NCBI RefSeq assembly: GCF_030144855.1
Contig: NC_082731.1
Span: 23,994,001 to 24,058,000, forward strand
Length of the DNA stretch: 64,000 bases
Direction: 5' to 3'
Source of the DNA: Hypanus sabinus
Lineage: Eukaryota
The notes under the pieces were generated by a model. It was not told where the DNA came from. It made no database searches and was given only the letters and a program-made list of their open reading frames with translations. Numbering within the stretch: position 1 is the first letter of the stretch; every line of letters begins with the position of its first letter. A program made the position numbers and the translations under genes. This document shows positions 62,926 through 64,000 of the stretch, in pieces.

Positions 62926-62965
62926 GTTAGTCCTGACGAAGGGTCTCGACCCGAAACGTCGTCTG
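62926..62965 (+). ncRNA. Minimal type-I hammerhead ribozyme motif in the Penelope pLTR
   Basis: TAGTC-CTGACGA-A-GGGTC.TC.GACCC-GAA-ACGT-C-GTCTG; intact CUGANGA/GAAA core, perfect stem II, palindromic stem III, GUC site; one mismatch in stem I. Confidence 0.65.
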
Positions 62966-64000
62966 TAATTCTTCGTATAGATGGGGCCTGGCCTGCAGCG
63001 TTCCATCAGCATTTTGCGTGTGTTTTCCATACATCAGTATTCACCACTGAGGTGAAGTTGAAGATTGCAATTTCAATTTAAAACAGAATGATATGATGGG
63101 ATATGTCGACTTTCTGAAATAGGATCTGCTATAACTCTTCATAGATGCGTCCACTCTTCTGATACAATATGAAACTGCCTTGTAAGGAAGATACGGGAAA
63201 AGCGATAAGCCATTCCGATAAGTCAATGCCACAAATACTGCAGCAGCCTCTCAGATTCCATAGATTTTTTTTCTGCTTCTTACGAATTCAAAACATATTA
63301 TTTTCGAAAAACCTCGAGAACTTCAGGGCTATTTGATCACGGAGCTGCTCGTTGATTTGAGTAGCATCACTTGTGGTGGCAGAGAAGCCGGCCGTGGTGT
63401 CGAAGGTTTTGGCATTTTTTCTGAGAGGAAGCTGGTGGGGATATCGGGGAAGGAGTCAGTTAGCATGTCGTTGTAGGCTGATAGCAAACTGGAGGAACCT
63501 GCTTGGGTTCCGTGGAGATGCCTGCCTGTAAATGGTATTTCTGCATGCTAACCGAGTGCACCAAATCTAGCACACTACGGACAGCTGCAGCATAATCTTG
63601 CGAGATACTCTTGGACATTTCAGTTACAATTGTAGTTATCATTCATTTATAACTCAGTTGGATAGTGAAAACAGCAGTTCACCCAGGCGCGTCAGTCGTG
63701 TCCGATGTGCGCTGAGAATATAGAACCTGTTAAACAAGGTCGTAGCAACGGCGATGTCTCAGGCAAATGTTGTTCCTGCATTCGCGAATAGCATTGCACA
63801 TGGCATGGATGACACCAGGAAATATAAATCAGTAACTCTCACTCCCATAGAGTGGAGCTATTGGATGTGATTTTTCGTGACAGGCTTTATGAGTACGTGA
63901 AGAACATTAGAGATTTCCACCTTATATTCGGGTTTCGAACATCAAGCCCTACTGGCTGATTGAATTCCTTAAGTAAGTGGCAAAGTACAAAGTTCGTAAT

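Larger units (their letters stand above)
60845..63025 (+). mobile_element. Penelope-like element (RT + GIY-YIG, degraded) with 3' pLTR
   Basis: YLLTKIHK...RPIVSACSSP; DVQSLHTS; YIGET; EQHLIFCLQPDGMDIEFS; pLTR with hammerhead. Confidence 0.85.

Noticed and set aside
1-64000. CRISPR arrays, rRNA or tRNA genes, prokaryotic operons
   Set aside because: None seen; the sequence is intron-containing vertebrate-type DNA

Overview
Eukaryotic, repeat-rich genomic DNA, most likely from a cartilaginous fish (inferred from the antigen-receptor segments and repeat families), within a T-cell receptor delta locus. The core is two tandem NAR-TCR cassettes on the minus strand, offset by about 24.4 kb. Cassette 2 (22.4-26.0 kb) looks complete and intact: leader, IgNAR-like V with 22-RSS, one D with 12/12-RSS, IgNAR-like J with 23-RSS, then a leaderless supporting TCR-delta V with its own 23-RSS onto which the J can splice in frame. 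This predicts a doubly rearranging, two-V-domain TCR delta chain. Cassette 1 (0.2-1.6 kb) has a V lacking the YYC cysteine through a 24-bp deletion, and its supporting V should lie just left of the window. NAR-TCR is a known shark system; what may be new is this locus's annotation and the cross-cassette joins its RSS geometry permits. The rest is layered retroelements: many CR1, Rex1-like, Nimb/I-clade, HERO-like, Penelope with a hammerhead ribozyme motif, and a chromodomain Gypsy with LTRs, TSD and a self-priming PBS. There are two assembly gaps. All coordinates and alignments were read by eye, with no database searches.
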